Below, one piece after another: positions 38,759-48,923 of a DNA stretch of 64,000 bases (position 1 is the first letter of the stretch; the number at the start of each line of letters is the position of its first letter). The stretch is from Bacteroidota bacterium (GTDB lineage Bacteria; Bacteroidota; Bacteroidia; Sphingobacteriales; Sphingobacteriaceae). The stretch is taken from assembly GCA_040385405.1 (NCBI GenBank), contig JAZKHM010000011.1:50919-114918 (forward strand). Reading direction: 5' to 3'. The notes under the pieces were generated by a model. It made no database searches and had not been told where the DNA came from. It saw only the letters and a list, made by a program, of their open reading frames with translations. A program made the position numbers and the translations under genes.

Positions 38759-39910
38759 ATGGACAAACAAATCATTCATATGGATCAGGATGCATTTTTT
38801 GTATCCGTAGAACTTCTGAAGGACCCGACCCTTATCGGTAAACCGGTTATTGTTGGAGGCACAGCAGGCCGTGGTGTTGTGACTTCCTGCAGTTATGAGG
38901 CACGAAAATTTGGAGTGCGCTCCGCTATGCCTTCACGTCAGGCTGCACAATTATGTCCGCAAGCGATCTTTGTGCGAGGCAATATGGACGATTACAGTAA
39001 ATATTCGCGCATGGTTACGGATATATTGCGTGAGCGGGTCCCTGTCCTTGAGAAAGCTTCCATCGATGAGCACTACATCGATATGACCGGGATGGAGCGT
39101 TTCCATGATACCATGCAATTCGCCCGTGATCTGAGGCAAAGAGTGATCCGGGAAACCGGCCTTCCCGTCTCTTTCGGATTATCGGTCAACAAGACTCTGG
39201 CAAAAATGGCAACCAATGAATCAAAACCTAATGGGGAACTCCTGGTAAGCAGAGAGGGTGCAAAGGCTTTTCTCGAACCCCTTTCTATTCATAAAATACC
39301 TGGTTTGGGTAAATCAGCATCTGCCAAGCTTAAAGATCGCGGGATCCTTACCATTGGTCAACTCGCCAGGGTCTCATCTGAAGATCTTATTGCTTTTTTC
39401 GGCAAGAGTGGTTCAGACCTTTGGAGAAAGGCTAATGGGATTTATGATTCTCCTGTTTTTCCCTATCGCGATCGCAAATCGATCGGTACTCAAAGTACCT
39501 TCCATGCAGACACGGTCAATGCCGAAGGAATTAAACAATTGCTGGTTTCGATGGTGACTGATCTTTGCTACCAATTACGCAGTCAAAGAAAGCTGACATC
39601 ATGTATTACTGTTACCATTCGTTACTCCAACTTTGAAACCCATACCCAGCAATTAAAAATCCCATATACGTCGCTTGACTCCGTGCTGATTGATAAAGTA
39701 AAAGAGCTGTTCGGGAACGTTTATGATCATAAAACTTTGCTAAGACTGGTGGGCGTACGTCTTTCTGACCTGATGTGCGGCGATGAGCAAATCAGCCTTT
39801 ACGATGCATCGGAAAACCGTCATAAGTTATATCAGGCAATGGATAAGATCAAGAACAGGTTTGGTGAGAAATCTGTAAAACTGGCGTCGACCATTAGCAT
39901 TCGCTTGTAG
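38759..39910 (+). CDS. dinB: DNA polymerase IV
   Basis: IIHMDQDAFFVSVE, SCSYEARKFGVRSAMP, SIDEHYID, AKMATNESKPNG, IPGLG. Start placed at MDKQ. Confidence 0.95.
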   Translation: MDKQIIHMDQDAFFVSVELLKDPTLIGKPVIVGGTAGRGVVTSCSYEARKFGVRSAMPSRQAAQLCPQAIFVRGNMDDYSKYSRMVTDILRERVPVLEKASIDEHYIDMTGMERFHDTMQFARDLRQRVIRETGLPVSFGLSVNKTLAKMATNESKPNGELLVSREGAKAFLEPLSIHKIPGLGKSASAKLKDRGILTIGQLARVSSEDLIAFFGKSGSDLWRKANGIYDSPVFPYRDRKSIGTQSTFHADTVNAEGIKQLLVSMVTDLCYQLRSQRKLTSCITVTIRYSNFETHTQQLKIPYTSLDSVLIDKVKELFGNVYDHKTLLRLVGVRLSDLMCGDEQISLYDASENRHKLYQAMDKIKNRFGEKSVKLASTISIRL

Positions 39911-39994
39911 TATCACGGCCAGGCATAAGGTTCTAACTTAAAGTGAACTGACACCGAAGCTGCGAATTGACTGTTAGAAGTCCGGGCCGAAAGT

Positions 39995-40441
39995 CTAGTT
40001 CTTAACCTTAAACGGGTTCAGCTGCTGATCAAAAGGCTTGGAAATATCACGCAGGTACTCCACTAACTGCCACTTTTGTTCGTCCGAAAGGATCTCCTTA
40101 AAGGATGGCATCTCTCCGCGCCCCTCGCGGATCTTCCAGAATATGGCTCCATTAGTTTGCGCTCCGAACATTTTACTTTGGAAGTGCAGGGGTTTAACTT
40201 TTAGTTTGCTAGCTATCTGGCCATCTGCCTTCCCCTGACTGCCATGGCATGGGGCACAATAAACCATGTATATCTCCTGGCCCTGGGGAAGGGTCAAAGG
40301 TTCAATGTGGTAAGGGTTATAAAGTGAATCAGCTGAGGCTGGTGCTCTCCATGGTTCCTGAAGAATAGTGTATTTAGTACCAAATGATAGTATCATTAAA
40401 GCAGCGCAGGCAGAAAGAATGACACAAATGAATTTAAACAT
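39995..40441 (-). CDS. Monoheme c-type cytochrome
   Basis: N-terminal anchor, CAPCH, GRGEMPSF. Confidence 0.88.
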   Translation of the reverse strand: MFKFICVILSACAALMILSFGTKYTILQEPWRAPASADSLYNPYHIEPLTLPQGQEIYMVYCAPCHGSQGKADGQIASKLKVKPLHFQSKMFGAQTNGAIFWKIREGRGEMPSFKEILSDEQKWQLVEYLRDISKPFDQQLNPFKVKN

Positions 40442-40567
40442 AATACTGTTCGCGGAAAAAGAAATGACGAATACATTTCAAGGCATACTTAATCTTTATT
40501 TACAGTGCAGCACTCCATATCAACATCCTGAATGCCCGGCCAGAATTTCATCAGATACTACCCCCCG

Positions 40568-40590
40568 GTCTTGATTCCTGGTTCCTGATA
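40568..40590 (-). repeat. Heptamer array directly after the amidohydrolase stop
   Basis: Minus strand TAG-TATCAGG-AACCAGG-AATCAAG-AC. Confidence 0.6.
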
Positions 40591-41868
40591 CTAAAGGGAA
40601 GGCAGTCCCCCCACCACCCTGGGTATCGACGTTGTTAATCCATTCAGGTCGTAGAATACCCGGCCCCCTTTGATAGTAACTTCACACTCAAACCTCTTTT
40701 TGGCGGGAACTTTCGTGCCCATTTGATCATATACTCCGAATTTACCCTTACGTAAACGAAGGACGGTTACATCACCTTCAGAACCTACTGATAAATTCCC
40801 TAACTCTTCATGGTGAATAACCTGGGCAGGTTTCCAGGTAACTGCGTTTATAGTTGCGGGTACAGTCATTCCAAGGGCCATCATTTTATTCATTACGTTA
40901 AGGATATCTTTCATAGCCGAGTTCATGCTTCCTCCATGATGATCCGTACTAATAACGTCTGGCCAGAAGCCTGCCTTACTTGCAGGAATAGCATGTTCGA
41001 AAGAGAAACTGGCAGCACCGTGACCCACATCCCAAATGACCCCTCGCTTTTGTGATTCAAAAACAAAGGGGCGCAGTTGTTTGGTTGCCGGATCAGTTAT
41101 CGCTTCACGGCCCCCGCCTCCCCCACCATAAGCATGGGTATAGATATCACCGGGGCGGAATTTCTTCATGGTCAATTCTTCAAGCGACAATCCGCCACCC
41201 CCAAAATCAACAATAATGGGTAAGTTTCCCGACATTTTGCCAGCTTCAATCGCACGGTCAATTGGCACCCAGTCTGGCTTATTGTAGTGAGCAACTTTAA
41301 ATCCCACAATAAGCTTTGGATATTTCATGGCCATTTCAGCAGATTTGCGAGCATCCATGTCATCGTTATTCTGCTCAAAAGCCCCTCCAGGCATTCCCTC
41401 TCCCACAATGTTAAGAAAAGAAAGTACCCGTGTCCTGGATCTGTCTATAGTCTGATCTTTAAACTTCTCGAAAGTCTTCCAGCCGGCACTTCCGGCATCC
41501 ACTACGGTGGTAACCCCCACACGGAACGTAAACCCGTCGGGCATATTTGCGTAATAACTATTTCTTAAATATCGATCAGGTTCTACACCGGCAAAGTTGT
41601 GGGTATGCATATCTATAATGCCTGGGGTTACAATCAAGCCTTTTGCATTTACCACACGCGCAGCAGATTCAGGATCAATATTCTTAGCTACCGCTGCAAT
41701 CTTGCCATCGCTATTAATGGCAACATCCATGACCTCATTGATGTTATTTTTAGGGTCCATTACACGCCCTCCTTTTATAATTATAGCATAGGAAGCCTGT
41801 TGCGCCTGAGCGCTTGCATTAATACTGAACAGACAAAAAACAAGGAGAAAAAAATTTTGCAACTTCAT
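40591..41868 (-). CDS. Secreted amidohydrolase/deacetylase (dihydroorotase-like, EF_0837-type)
   Basis: Signal peptide; PGIIDMHTH, GVTTVVDAGS, HAY, DVGHG, ISTD. Confidence 0.85.
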   Translation of the reverse strand: MKLQNFFLLVFCLFSINASAQAQQASYAIIIKGGRVMDPKNNINEVMDVAINSDGKIAAVAKNIDPESAARVVNAKGLIVTPGIIDMHTHNFAGVEPDRYLRNSYYANMPDGFTFRVGVTTVVDAGSAGWKTFEKFKDQTIDRSRTRVLSFLNIVGEGMPGGAFEQNNDDMDARKSAEMAMKYPKLIVGFKVAHYNKPDWVPIDRAIEAGKMSGNLPIIVDFGGGGLSLEELTMKKFRPGDIYTHAYGGGGGGREAITDPATKQLRPFVFESQKRGVIWDVGHGAASFSFEHAIPASKAGFWPDVISTDHHGGSMNSAMKDILNVMNKMMALGMTVPATINAVTWKPAQVIHHEELGNLSVGSEGDVTVLRLRKGKFGVYDQMGTKVPAKKRFECEVTIKGGRVFYDLNGLTTSIPRVVGGLPSL

Positions 41869-41923
41869 GATTTAGGAGATAATAGCTAGCAACAATAGCT
41901 TGGTTAGTCAAAGCTAAATCTTA

Positions 41924-42166
41924 TTAAAATAAAACGAAAGAATAAGAACTGAGGTCTGTAACTTTTTCATGCGTAAATTTGTATTCAATAGTGATGAAGC
42001 CAGATGAGCCTGCCTTCTGGACCCTCACATTTTGCGAGTAGCCGTTAGCCGACACTTTCAATACCAGCATAAAAGTCAGGATGACTGTCCAGTTTAACAT
42101 TAAAAAAAGTTTCTTTTGTAAGATCTCAGGAAGCAGAACTTTATAATATAGTTCTTTTATTTTCAT
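41924..42166 (-). pseudogene. N-terminal stub of a SusC/TonB-dependent receptor
   Basis: Lies directly downstream of fecR. LNWTVILTFMLVLKVSANGYSQNV resembles the leader of FecR-coupled SusC proteins; the sequence loses resemblance after about 42025. Confidence 0.6.
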
Positions 42167-42226
42167 AATTTTGTGAATTACAAGGTTAATAATCTGATTA
42201 GTAGGACGACTACAATTGGATGTAGT

Positions 42227-42257
42227 GCAGGGAATGTTGGCGCATTCCCTGCTTTTT
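42227..42257. other. Hairpin between fecR and the SusC stub
   Basis: GCAGGGAATG-TTGGCG-CATTCCCTGC; the T-tract is on the plus strand only. Confidence 0.7.
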
Positions 42258-42259
42258 AA

Positions 42260-43297
42260 CTAATAAATTTTTACTTCATTTGCGGTAATTTTATAGTTAA
42301 AGGGTTTAATTAATTTCATTGCTTCAAGTGCCTCCACAACATTCTCATCTGCAAAGATGCCCGTAAAACGGAAGGCCTTAATTTCAGGATCATTCAGATC
42401 GATCTTCACATTATACCATCTTTCGAGTTTGGGAAGCAAAACTTCGAACGATTCATTTTGGAATATCAGCGTATTTTCTGCCCATGATGTTTCCTCAATA
42501 TATTCGCGATCTCCAAGTCTGACCGGAGATATATGCTCAATCATTAAAACAGAATTATTACTAAAATTCGAAGGTTCACTGTTCTTTTCTACCAAAGTGA
42601 ATTTTTCCGAAGGCTTTAGCAAGAACCGCTGATCAGAACGGTCGTTGATAGTCAGCTCAATCGATCCTTTAAGAAGAGTAGTTTCGGATCTCTTTTCACC
42701 GGGATATTCCTTAATGTTAAACTGCGTGCCTAAAACGCGGACAGCGACTTTATCTGTGGTTGCAATAAAAGGTCGATTTCTATCGTGGGCGACAATAAAG
42801 AATGCTTCTCCGGTGAGTTTTACAGTGCGGGTCTCATTATCCAGCATTCCCGGGTCGTATGATATTTTGCTTTCACTGTTAAGCCTTACCACTGTACCAT
42901 CAGGGAGCTTTACCTCTTTACGCACTCCCTTACCTGCTACTATTTCCATATTTCCCCCTGGAGGACTGGCCTCAAAATTATTTTTAAATAGTAATGTTCC
43001 AGCTCCAACTATACATACAAATGCTAACACAAAAACAACTGGCCTGCGCAGAATTTGACCAGGCGATCGTTTAAACTTAAGTTCCTCTTTGAACTTTAGT
43101 TTGTGCTTTTTGAAAGACTGGCTGGGATCACTTTGAGTGTCCTGCTGTCCAAGTTCCCAAACCTGTTCCAGCAGTGCCTCATAGTAGACTGCATCGGGGT
43201 ACTTTTTTAACAGATATGCAAGTTCACCTAATTCTTCAGGGTTTGCTTCTCCGGCAATTTTCCTGGTTAGTAACTCAACTATTCGGTTCTCATCCAT
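42260..43297 (-). CDS. FecR-family anti-sigma factor
   Basis: LPDGTVVRLNSES, LTGEAFFIV, VRVLGTQFN, TTLLKGS, LERWYNV, FTGIF. Start placed at MDENR. Confidence 0.92.
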   Translation of the reverse strand: MDENRIVELLTRKIAGEANPEELGELAYLLKKYPDAVYYEALLEQVWELGQQDTQSDPSQSFKKHKLKFKEELKFKRSPGQILRRPVVFVLAFVCIVGAGTLLFKNNFEASPPGGNMEIVAGKGVRKEVKLPDGTVVRLNSESKISYDPGMLDNETRTVKLTGEAFFIVAHDRNRPFIATTDKVAVRVLGTQFNIKEYPGEKRSETTLLKGSIELTINDRSDQRFLLKPSEKFTLVEKNSEPSNFSNNSVLMIEHISPVRLGDREYIEETSWAENTLIFQNESFEVLLPKLERWYNVKIDLNDPEIKAFRFTGIFADENVVEALEAMKLIKPFNYKITANEVKIY

Positions 43298-43465
43298 TGA
43301 TATCGCGCCTTCTCGGGAAGGTATTTGAAATAAGGACAATGAAAAGAAGAAAACTCCCTAGCGTGTTGGGAAATAATTAAGGGCGAATTAATAAATGAGA
43401 AAATAAATGAATTTACGAACCTGAACTTTCAACTGCCAAAGCCGCTGTTCCCTGTCGGCCGGGAA

Positions 43466-44032
43466 CTACTTAATCTGAAATTCCTCTTTAAAAATTTTCG
43501 CCAGCTTTTGAGTAGCAGCTACGAGATGTGCGTCCACCGTCTTTACGGATATCGAAAGTACTTCGCCAATTTCCCTGTAGCTCAGGTTATTCTCTTTCGC
43601 AAGTTTAAAGACCAGCTGGCATTTGGGGGGGAGCGCCTGGATGGCATTTTCAAGACGTTTCTGTAGTTCAATATCTATAATAATCTGCTCTGGCGAAGAG
43701 TTATCAAAGAAAAAGCTTACATCGATCTCATCAAGAGACGAAATTTTACTTTTTGATCTCTTTTTCAGGATATTAAGCGAGAGATTCTTTGCTATTATAA
43801 GCGCATAGACATGAACGTTCTTAATCTCGGTAAGAGATTTTCGTTTGCCCCACAATGTAATTAACACATCGTCTGCAACTTCCTCTGCCTCTTCGCTCGA
43901 ATGAAGCATGCAAAAAGCAAATTTCTTCACCGGCACATAAAGCACATTAAAAAGTTCCTCATACGCGCTTTCCGTACCATAATCGACAAGCCGTTTAACA
44001 ATCTCTGGAATCGTCTTAAAATGAGGTTTCAC
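43466..44032 (-). CDS. ECF sigma-70 factor
   Basis: AEEVADDVLITLW, KNLSLN, LPPKCQLVFKL, SYREIGEVLSISVKTVDAH. Confidence 0.92.
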   Translation of the reverse strand: MKPHFKTIPEIVKRLVDYGTESAYEELFNVLYVPVKKFAFCMLHSSEEAEEVADDVLITLWGKRKSLTEIKNVHVYALIIAKNLSLNILKKRSKSKISSLDEIDVSFFFDNSSPEQIIIDIELQKRLENAIQALPPKCQLVFKLAKENNLSYREIGEVLSISVKTVDAHLVAATQKLAKIFKEEFQIK

Positions 44033-44121
44033 GATCTTATAGCAATAATCTACTAATTTAAAAGAAATTCTTATAAATAGGAAACAAGCATTTGGAGTTA
44101 GATAAAGGGTATTAACGTCTA

Positions 44122-45492
44122 TTATAAGGGCTCATGTCTTACATTTTTCAGTACAGACCAGATAACATCAAATACTTGCGTTGGTGCCATCGTATCAGTA
44201 CTTAATTGCTGATCTGAAATCAGTACCGGCTGATACATCTTCTCTGCCGCCTTACGACCGTGGGATCCTTTAATAAGGCTAGCATCCAGAGGAATTACAT
44301 CCATCACATACCGGAATCCGGCTTTCTTTTTGAGCAGCTTATATCCTGCTCTGAGCTTTGAACTCATAAACATCTCAACAGGATCATATCCGGGTTTTTT
44401 ATGAATGTCAACACAGCGAGCATAGTCGGGCGCTTTCGCGTCATCCAGCCAGAAATAATAGGTAAACCAGCTGTCTTTATCTGCAATTATTACAAAATCA
44501 CCGGAACGTTCATGATCGATATGAAAAGCTTTCTGCTCTTCTTTGTTAAGCACCAGTTCAATTCCGGGCTCCTTTTCGAGCAGCTCTCTAACCCTGGATT
44601 TTACTGATTTATCATTGATATAAATATGTGCTATCTGATGATCAGCCACAGCAAAGGCTTTAGATGCACCCGCATCCAGAAGTTCAAGATCTCTTTCGAT
44701 GCGGATATTCAGCAGGCCGCTTTTTCGTAAAATCCTGTTGATATGAACAGGGTTTTTTACTGGCGCTATGCCGTATTCAGAGAGAATAACAATCTGAGCG
44801 CCCTTTTCTTCATAATAATTTATAAGCTTTTTTATTACGTCATCTATCTCCGTCAGTTCCTTGTGAATCATTGAAAGATCAGGGCCAAACTTCTGCAGAC
44901 AATAATCCAGGTGCGGAAGGTAGATCAGCGTAAGCGTAGGATCATATATTTCATCTGTAATTATAGACGCATCCGCAATCCATTGGGTTGATTTAATGTT
45001 AGCTCCGGGACCCCAGAACTGGAACAAAGGAAACCGGCCCAGCTTCTCCTGGAGTATATCCCGCAATTCTGCAGGATGGGAGTAGCAATCAGGCATTTTT
45101 CTACCGTCAGCCAGGTAGTTTGGTCGTGGAGTCACGGCATAATCAGCAGTCGAATACATATTATACCACCAAAACATCTTTGCGCAGGTAAATGAAGGAT
45201 CCTCTTTTTTAGCTTTCTCCCAGATCTTTTCACCATTAACCAGCTTATTAGACTGCTTCCAGAATTTAATCTCGCAATCTGTATGATCGTACCAGCCATT
45301 TCCAACAATGCCTGTTTCGGATGGCCACTTACCGGTAATGTAGGTCGACTGTGCAGTGGTTGTAACGGCGGGGAAGACTGGTTCTATATTAACCATGTTT
45401 TTTCTTAAGATATAATTTTTCAGAAAAGGGGTATGTTCCCCGATTATGGAAGATGATAAGCCTACTACATCGATTACGACTGTTTTATTCAT
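44122..45492 (-). CDS. eboF: EboF, alkaline phosphatase/nucleotide pyrophosphatase family
   Basis: DVVGLS, FPAVTTTAQSTY, GNGWY, FWKQSN, HKKPGYDPVEMF, KGSHG; last gene of the ebo cluster. Confidence 0.85.
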   Translation of the reverse strand: MNKTVVIDVVGLSSSIIGEHTPFLKNYILRKNMVNIEPVFPAVTTTAQSTYITGKWPSETGIVGNGWYDHTDCEIKFWKQSNKLVNGEKIWEKAKKEDPSFTCAKMFWWYNMYSTADYAVTPRPNYLADGRKMPDCYSHPAELRDILQEKLGRFPLFQFWGPGANIKSTQWIADASIITDEIYDPTLTLIYLPHLDYCLQKFGPDLSMIHKELTEIDDVIKKLINYYEEKGAQIVILSEYGIAPVKNPVHINRILRKSGLLNIRIERDLELLDAGASKAFAVADHQIAHIYINDKSVKSRVRELLEKEPGIELVLNKEEQKAFHIDHERSGDFVIIADKDSWFTYYFWLDDAKAPDYARCVDIHKKPGYDPVEMFMSSKLRAGYKLLKKKAGFRYVMDVIPLDASLIKGSHGRKAAEKMYQPVLISDQQLSTDTMAPTQVFDVIWSVLKNVRHEPL

Positions 45493-45579
45493 GATTCTGA
45501 TTTATACTTGACGCAACGCCCTGCCTTTTACGAAAATTGTAACCGACCCCCACCCACGCCAGCGGGTGACGCGCGACGC

Positions 45580-46830
45580 CTATGCATTTTGCGGGTGTTT
45601 TGACTCCTGGTTCCTTGCTCCTGGTTCTAATGCACTCTTCACCCAATTCAATTCCCTGCTGATGGATTGATCAATCGGAGCCTTCATCGTGTCTGGTAAA
45701 ACTTCCCATGTATAGGTCTCAACTTCAAGATGATTGGTAAAAGGTTTTGATTCTTGAATTCCTAATACTTCAATTATGTCAGACTGCGTAGACTTTAACA
45801 AACCCAGATCGGCTAGAAAAACGGGAACATGAAAATGCGCCCGCCACTCTTCGACCTGGCTGTTCTGAATATCAACTAACGCATCCGGAAGGTCCCGGTA
45901 ACGGATCAATTCCTTATTCTTTTTCCTGGCTACGACCTGGTGTAAGTAAGTAGGTTCATTGAAATTAGAGAAAGCCGCAGATATTAGCTCCCTCGACTCA
46001 GGTTCGGGGGGCAAATCCGACTTTAACGCTGCACTGATCTGAATCTTCCCTACCCGAATCTTATTGAGGCTAAGTTCATCCAGAACTTTTCGGTGCGGCT
46101 CATAACCAATAGCAAAATGACACACATCATAGCATAGGCAGATATGTTCCCTTATGGCGTCAAGGGCGTCGTTTTCGCTTAGATTATACTTTGTTGATAA
46201 CTCCTTTTGTGCTGCGGGGATGAGCGTATTTCGGTACCAATCAATAAATTCACGGCCAGTCTCCAGCAAACCATCGGGTTCTGGTTCTATATCCAGGTGC
46301 ATTATCAGCCCCTGCTCTTTTTTGAACAGAAACAATTTTTCCAGTATGGAAATAACATTTTCTGTTGCTTTTTGTAAGACATGCAGGGAGTCAGCCTTAT
46401 CCGGATGCCAGTGCCGGTATGTCAGGGGGGAAGTAGAAACACCTCCATCCATTCCTTCAGGCAGAAGTTTGGCAAGTATTTCAAACAACCTTATCGTATA
46501 TTCTAACCTCTCGGGGCTGGTCCAATCCGGGGCATGCACCCGATCTTTAACTACCGCATTATGAAAATCCCCGTAAGGGAAGCCGTTCATTGTAAATACA
46601 TACGCGTCATTTTCCTTCAGCCAATGCTGAAACTCTTCCATCTTCACATTATCCTGAAGATCTATACTTGCTTTATTTGATAATCTTAGACCAATTCCCA
46701 TGGCCTTAGCACCGGAAACCTCCTTTTTTATCAGCGGAAATTTTTCTTTCAGCGATTCAAAATGGTCTGTCCATGATTCCCCTGCGTGAATATTTGTACA
46801 ATATGTTAAATGACCCGCCGCTAATTTCAT
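45580..46830 (-). CDS. eboE: EboE, TIM-barrel (xylose isomerase-like) metabolite-traffic protein
   Basis: HLTYCTNIHAGE, TMNGFPYGDFH, EPEPDG, CYDVCH, GKIQISAAL, YLHQ, WRAHFHVP, EVETYTW. Confidence 0.9.
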   Translation of the reverse strand: MKLAAGHLTYCTNIHAGESWTDHFESLKEKFPLIKKEVSGAKAMGIGLRLSNKASIDLQDNVKMEEFQHWLKENDAYVFTMNGFPYGDFHNAVVKDRVHAPDWTSPERLEYTIRLFEILAKLLPEGMDGGVSTSPLTYRHWHPDKADSLHVLQKATENVISILEKLFLFKKEQGLIMHLDIEPEPDGLLETGREFIDWYRNTLIPAAQKELSTKYNLSENDALDAIREHICLCYDVCHFAIGYEPHRKVLDELSLNKIRVGKIQISAALKSDLPPEPESRELISAAFSNFNEPTYLHQVVARKKNKELIRYRDLPDALVDIQNSQVEEWRAHFHVPVFLADLGLLKSTQSDIIEVLGIQESKPFTNHLEVETYTWEVLPDTMKAPIDQSISRELNWVKSALEPGARNQESKHPQNA

Positions 46831-47975
46831 CGATAGGCTTTAAGTTTTCTTCCAGCTTCTTTTAGTACTCCGGTATCAATTTCATGAACCTCGGTTCCGG
46901 TTCCGATTTTGTCGAGCAGCATTATTGTGAGCCTCCCGCCAAGGTGTTCTCGAAATTCTTCCAGGCCCAGTAATATGGCGCTATCCTTTTCCTCAACTTC
47001 CATCAAGGGGTGAGTTAACTCGAAGCCAACTGCTTTCAACAAGGCAATAATTCTGTTGGCCTCATCATCAGACAAACGCCCGCAAAGATTTGAATACACG
47101 GTATCGAGGGCCATACCCATGGCGACAGCTTCGCCATGCAAAACCTTGAAATGAGAAAGCTGTTCCAGCTTGTGTGCACTCCAGTGTCCGAAATCTAATG
47201 GCCTTGATGATCCCGTTTCAAATGGATCGCGGCCAGCAATATGCTGCATGTGAAGTTCGGCACAACGGTAAACCAGGTAATTCATGGTTTTAAGATCACG
47301 TGCTACAAGCGCATCGACGTTTTCTTCAAGCCAGACAAAAAATACGGGGTCCTTGATCAAAGCAACTTTTATAGCTTCGGAAATTCCCGAACGCCAGTCC
47401 CGATCACTGAGTGTTTTCAGATAAAGTTCATCGTTGAAAACCGCAATGGGAGGAGCAAAAGTTCCAAGAAAGTTCTTTTTATCGAAATAATTAATTCCAT
47501 TCTTGACTCCTACACCGGAATCGTTTTGGGAAAGCACAGTAGTTGGAATGCGAATATGCCTTATGCCCCGGTGTGATACAGCAGCTGCATAACCTGCCAG
47601 ATCAAGAACGGAACCACCGCCAATTGCGACGATATACGAATGCCTGTCGACCTGATGAGTATTTACTGCTTCCAGTATCTTATCAAAATATCTGATGTCA
47701 TTTTTAACAATTTCCCCACCGGGAACGATTATGAATTCCCGGACAAGCTGTACAGATTTATGATCTGCAAAATAATTCTTTATTTGATCTATCACATTGG
47801 TGCCGGCGTCAACCACACCCTGATCCAGGACAAAAAGTATTTTTTTCGGGATTTCAGGCGAAGCCTTATCAAGGAGAAACTTGATAAAAAGCTTGTTTGA
47901 GATTTCAAAAAGCCCTGATGTGAAATATACTTTATATTCGAATTTTACAGTAAACGACTGTTGAAGGTGTTCCAT
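46827..47975 (-). CDS. eboD: EboD, 3-dehydroquinate synthase-like sugar-phosphate cyclase
   Basis: PGGEIVKN, DRHSY, GGGSVLD, PTTVLSQNDSGVGVKNG, LDFGHWSAHKLE, HGEAVA. Confidence 0.88.
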   Translation of the reverse strand: MEHLQQSFTVKFEYKVYFTSGLFEISNKLFIKFLLDKASPEIPKKILFVLDQGVVDAGTNVIDQIKNYFADHKSVQLVREFIIVPGGEIVKNDIRYFDKILEAVNTHQVDRHSYIVAIGGGSVLDLAGYAAAVSHRGIRHIRIPTTVLSQNDSGVGVKNGINYFDKKNFLGTFAPPIAVFNDELYLKTLSDRDWRSGISEAIKVALIKDPVFFVWLEENVDALVARDLKTMNYLVYRCAELHMQHIAGRDPFETGSSRPLDFGHWSAHKLEQLSHFKVLHGEAVAMGMALDTVYSNLCGRLSDDEANRIIALLKAVGFELTHPLMEVEEKDSAILLGLEEFREHLGGRLTIMLLDKIGTGTEVHEIDTGVLKEAGRKLKAYR

Positions 47976-48040
47976 ATTCTTGCGGATCAGAGCCGGAGTG
48001 CATCGGATGACCTATAAATTAGCTCGTAAATAATTATCTA

Positions 48041-48922
48041 CTAAGTAACAGCAAAACGTTTGCTCAGCCAAATAGATATTGGTAAAAGAAATGCGATAGC
48101 AATTGCGGCGTACACTGCGCCAAATGTAGCGGCCCAGGCAGCATCCATCAAAATTAGGGAAATGACTCCGGCTTTAACAGCCTTTCCTATATTCTTGCCA
48201 ACAGGATCATCAATGGCCCTGACAAGCGGCGAAAAAATCATAAATGCAAAAGGGAGGAGAAATAATAAAGCCGGCAAGAGATTATCTTTAACCCGGGCAA
48301 TCGTTAGGATAAAACAGATAACTGTGAGATACAAAAAACCTCCTATATATAGATTCCTGATGCTCCCTCCGTGCACCTCCCCCTGACTTATCATCGTAAT
48401 TGAGAAAATATAAATCAGCGGTATTATGCCTAAAATCTGCCATTGATTAAAGCTGTAGGAAAGGATACTTAAGCCCAGCCACAGATTCAGGCCCCGGCAG
48501 ACGCCCATATTTAAAGGGCCAAGAAAAGAATGATGTTTGCTGAACTTATCATAGAAAAGAGCTGCCACGGTAATCCCCAAAGCAATCATTCCGGAGAATA
48601 AACTAACGCTGAGAGCAGAAATGATACCCATAAAAAGAAGCATGCATGCGAGGATCACAGCTTCACGGATGCCGACTGCACCGCTTGGGATCGGTCGCTC
48701 GGGGCGCTCAATCTTATCAAGCTCTGCATCGAATATGTCATTGAAAACGATACCGCCTGCATATAATCCGGCTGTCGAAAGGCATAGAAGGAAAACCGAA
48801 ATATAATTGATATGCCCGTTTAGGAAATAACCAGATATGGCGATTCCGGCAAGTACATCGGCCACAGAGGTTACGACATTTGCCGGCCGCATTAAACGCA
48901 GGTAGGTGTAAAACTTTCCCAA
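48041..48922 (-). CDS. eboC: EboC, UbiA-like prenyltransferase
   Basis: LMRPANVVTSVADV, NDIFDAELDKIERPERPIPSG, MGVCRGLN. Confidence 0.9.
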   Translation of the reverse strand: MGKFYTYLRLMRPANVVTSVADVLAGIAISGYFLNGHINYISVFLLCLSTAGLYAGGIVFNDIFDAELDKIERPERPIPSGAVGIREAVILACMLLFMGIISALSVSLFSGMIALGITVAALFYDKFSKHHSFLGPLNMGVCRGLNLWLGLSILSYSFNQWQILGIIPLIYIFSITMISQGEVHGGSIRNLYIGGFLYLTVICFILTIARVKDNLLPALLFLLPFAFMIFSPLVRAIDDPVGKNIGKAVKAGVISLILMDAAWAATFGAVYAAIAIAFLLPISIWLSKRFAVT

Positions 48923-48923
48923 C

